A stretch of DNA of 63,276 bases, counting the filler, from Calcarisporiella thermophila CBS 279.70 (lineage: Eukaryota; Fungi; Calcarisporiellomycota), in NCBI RefSeq assembly GCF_041956535.1. It is 4 parts of 4 records of this genome, joined end to end, with 100 filler letters (N's around TTAATTAATTAA, not from the genome) between each part and the next. Parts side by side here need not be neighbours in the genome. Positions count along the whole stretch, not along the records: positions 60,891 to 63,276 come from NW_027192287.1; 3 more parts are not named here. One strand, 5' to 3'. The translations under genes and the position numbers were made by a program. Every line of letters begins with the position of its first letter. The stretch's first letter is position 1. The notes beneath the pieces are model-generated. The model searched no databases, was not told where the DNA came from, and was given only the letters and a program-made list of their open reading frames with translations. Positions 61,133 through 63,276 of this stretch are shown here, piece by piece.

Positions 61133-62572
61133 ATGTATTCTTTGTTAATATTTCTATCTTGCAGCGATCTAGCGGCCGCTGCTACTCTGCAGCTGGGTAT
61201 GGACGACACACCAGGACGTTGGCTTTGCGTCTTGGGTGGTGTCGGGCTTTTGCTAGCAATCACTCGGATAGTGCGATTCAATCGTGTTACTTATGTATAC
61301 AATACGGGGCACTATGGTGGACCTGTAACACGATTGATATCGGCTCTTTCAGATCTGGGAGGAGGATTTTTCTTTGGGCGAACACTGGAGCCGACCAGAA
61401 TGTACCACATCGACAATGCACTTCCTCCCCCCACAGGAGAGCGCTGGGTGGACGAGGGGATCATCATGATGATATACTCAGCGGTCGTGCTCTTAGTGGT
61501 TATGATCATTTCGATATTAAACCAAGAGCTTATATGCATTGCATTACAAAGTATTCTCGGAATCGGCTTGATTGCAGCAGGAAATTTTATTCCACGCAGA
61601 CCTTCTAAAGCAGTGGGATGGCACATCACCGTGCGTCCTAAGAGCCCTCCCGGTGCCCCGCTTCCCAGCCGTTTAAAAACGAATGAAGTCTTTAATTTGG
61701 GTTTAGCTACCCAATTCTATCTGGGTCGGCCAAAGGCGGAATGGAGTCAAGCATATTGCATGGTATTAGCGTTTCTGCTGCTAATTTCGCCGCTCGTTTT
61801 TCTCTCGGGTTGGACAGGAGCCATATTACCGCTTGGTATAGCAGAACTGCTGACAAGACGAGAGTCGCGACTTCCTGGACCGTGGCAAATTCACTCTTCT
61901 CTTATCACACACTACGTTCATGATTGCATGCTAGCCGTGCAACAGTGCCCACTCTCGCCTGGGGCTATCCGGACTAGGCGATTATGGTTGAGGTGGCTGA
62001 AGAAAGGCTTCCCCTGGCACACTCCACAAGACGGGCCATTTATGTTAATGCCGTGTCCGGGGGCGCTAACCGATCGTGCATGCGTTCGCGCTTTTGTGCT
62101 TGATCCAGGAGTAGTTGGGGATTCCATATGGTGCCATAGCCCATGTCTTTGGAGGTTTTATCAAGCTCACCATATAGGGGCGTTCCAAGCTAATTTGGCA
62201 GAAAATCTTGCATGGAAATCTCCAGCTGATTTGGAAATGGATACCCCCCAGTCCGAGGGCGATATGCTGGCTTGGCTTGAAGACTTGATCTCCGCACTTC
62301 GACTTGAATGCCACGAGGAAAAATATACCTTTATGGGAGCAGATAAACTAACCGTTCAGAAAGTAGTCTCAGAAACAAACCAATTATTCAATTCCATCGG
62401 GCTAGATTGTCGGCTAGTTATCTCGACTGAACTAAGGGGTGCACAGCTTTACCGTCGCTCATCTAACCAGCGACTTAGTATTGAGCGCACTAGTGTAGAA
62501 GGACATCCTCGTGCAATTTTAGAGGGTACTCATGCAAAAACTCGCTTCGCTCTTGTTTGGGTTTCCGAATAA
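61133..62572 (+). CDS. hypothetical membrane protein (true start uncertain; possible splice acceptor at ~61163)
   Basis: 479-codon open frame with 4-5 hydrophobic segments in the N-half and a Trp/Cys/His-rich soluble C-half; no family recognised. Confidence 0.65.
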   Translation: MYSLLIFLSCSDLAAAATLQLGMDDTPGRWLCVLGGVGLLLAITRIVRFNRVTYVYNTGHYGGPVTRLISALSDLGGGFFFGRTLEPTRMYHIDNALPPPTGERWVDEGIIMMIYSAVVLLVVMIISILNQELICIALQSILGIGLIAAGNFIPRRPSKAVGWHITVRPKSPPGAPLPSRLKTNEVFNLGLATQFYLGRPKAEWSQAYCMVLAFLLLISPLVFLSGWTGAILPLGIAELLTRRESRLPGPWQIHSSLITHYVHDCMLAVQQCPLSPGAIRTRRLWLRWLKKGFPWHTPQDGPFMLMPCPGALTDRACVRAFVLDPGVVGDSIWCHSPCLWRFYQAHHIGAFQANLAENLAWKSPADLEMDTPQSEGDMLAWLEDLISALRLECHEEKYTFMGADKLTVQKVVSETNQLFNSIGLDCRLVISTELRGAQLYRRSSNQRLSIERTSVEGHPRAILEGTHAKTRFALVWVSE

Positions 62573-63276
62573 GGCTGCAACTGAGCAATTAGTATTCTTA
62601 TATGAGTTCATAATTTTCTAAAGCTTCTGGAGATCGAGTGATATTAATTTACTTGTGGATTTCTCATATGTGGGTATATCATGCATAGGATATATCGAGA
62701 ACGATGGCTTTTTTTTAAAAAAAATTGGGTATGTTGATTGTAAAAATATTAAATTGGGGAAATCCATTATTATTTAGTATCTCTATGAAATAAAAATATT
62801 AATTAGCGTATCGGAATACCAGTTCCTATCCTATTTTGTATTGAATATACTAACAAGAACTACAGGTTAAGCCAAGAATATTTCACCTAGGCTTGTTCTA
62901 AATGCTTTGAGCTCTGCACTTTTATGAAGTAAGAGAAAAAATAAATGCTTATAATGAGAGAAGGGGTGTATGTTAAGGTTGTATGATCAAAAATTTCAAA
63001 CATTGACAAGTGGCTAATGAGCAATTTATTCCAACGCTCTAATTGAGTGAATAATAATATATTTGTTCCACAGAATCTATATTATTCTCCTGAGAAATAA
63101 TGAGAGCGTCTAAATACGAGTTGATCGCATAGGAGTTCATGTGGCAGAGCTGCAGAAAAATACCAAAAATTCATTACTTCTAGCCTAATTTGAGAAAGAT
63201 TATGTCCGAAAGAGAGTCAAAAGAATATTGAGCGGCGCCAATTCTTGAAACGCCTTATAAATATAAGATCCTTCTA

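Noticed and set aside
1-63276. CRISPR arrays, rRNA, Fanzor/TnpB nucleases, hammerhead/HDV ribozymes
   Set aside because: No repeat-spacer array, rRNA sequence, RuvC motif set or convincing ribozyme core was visible by eye; an Rfam/HMM scan would be needed to exclude them fully.

Overview
Eukaryotic, intron-containing fungal DNA. Gene content and intron style suggest an early-diverging lineage (Mucoromycota/Zoopagomycota-like); the exact taxon cannot be fixed from sequence alone. The window is four segments joined by artificial N44-TTAATTAATTAA-N44 linkers (21594-21693, 52861-52960, 60791-60890), plus an ordinary gap at 30177-30655, so adjacency across linkers is not evidence of linkage. Segment 1 (1-21593) is mostly housekeeping: tRNA-Asn, Gti1/Pac2, an ankyrin + anillin/PH-like protein, RAI1, HIS7, an SDR, an AA5 oxidase, HSP60 and tRNA-Leu. 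It ends in a non-LTR retroelement cluster. Segment 2 is accessory: Zn2Cys6 TF with an internal stop, BVMO/FMO, CACTA-type transposase remnant and MITEs, 7TM-like protein, NmrA, GH3-GNAT fusion, decayed chromovirus, Atg22, SDR pseudogenes, a D-Ala-D-Ala-ligase-like ATP-grasp and a Cys-rich repeat fragment. Segment 3 is an internal piece of a multimodular NRPS (T-E-C-A-T-E*-C-A) and segment 4 holds an unknown membrane protein. The most notable signal lies next to the two tRNA genes, each of which has an element head-to-head about 85 bp upstream. One is a 1.46-kb ORF1-only poly(A) retroposon with an exact 15-bp TSD and a highly structured 3' UTR. The other is a tRNA-like RNA with genome-encoded CCA and no normal anticodon arm. 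Together they suggest, by inference, a tRNA-gene-targeted non-LTR retroposition system.
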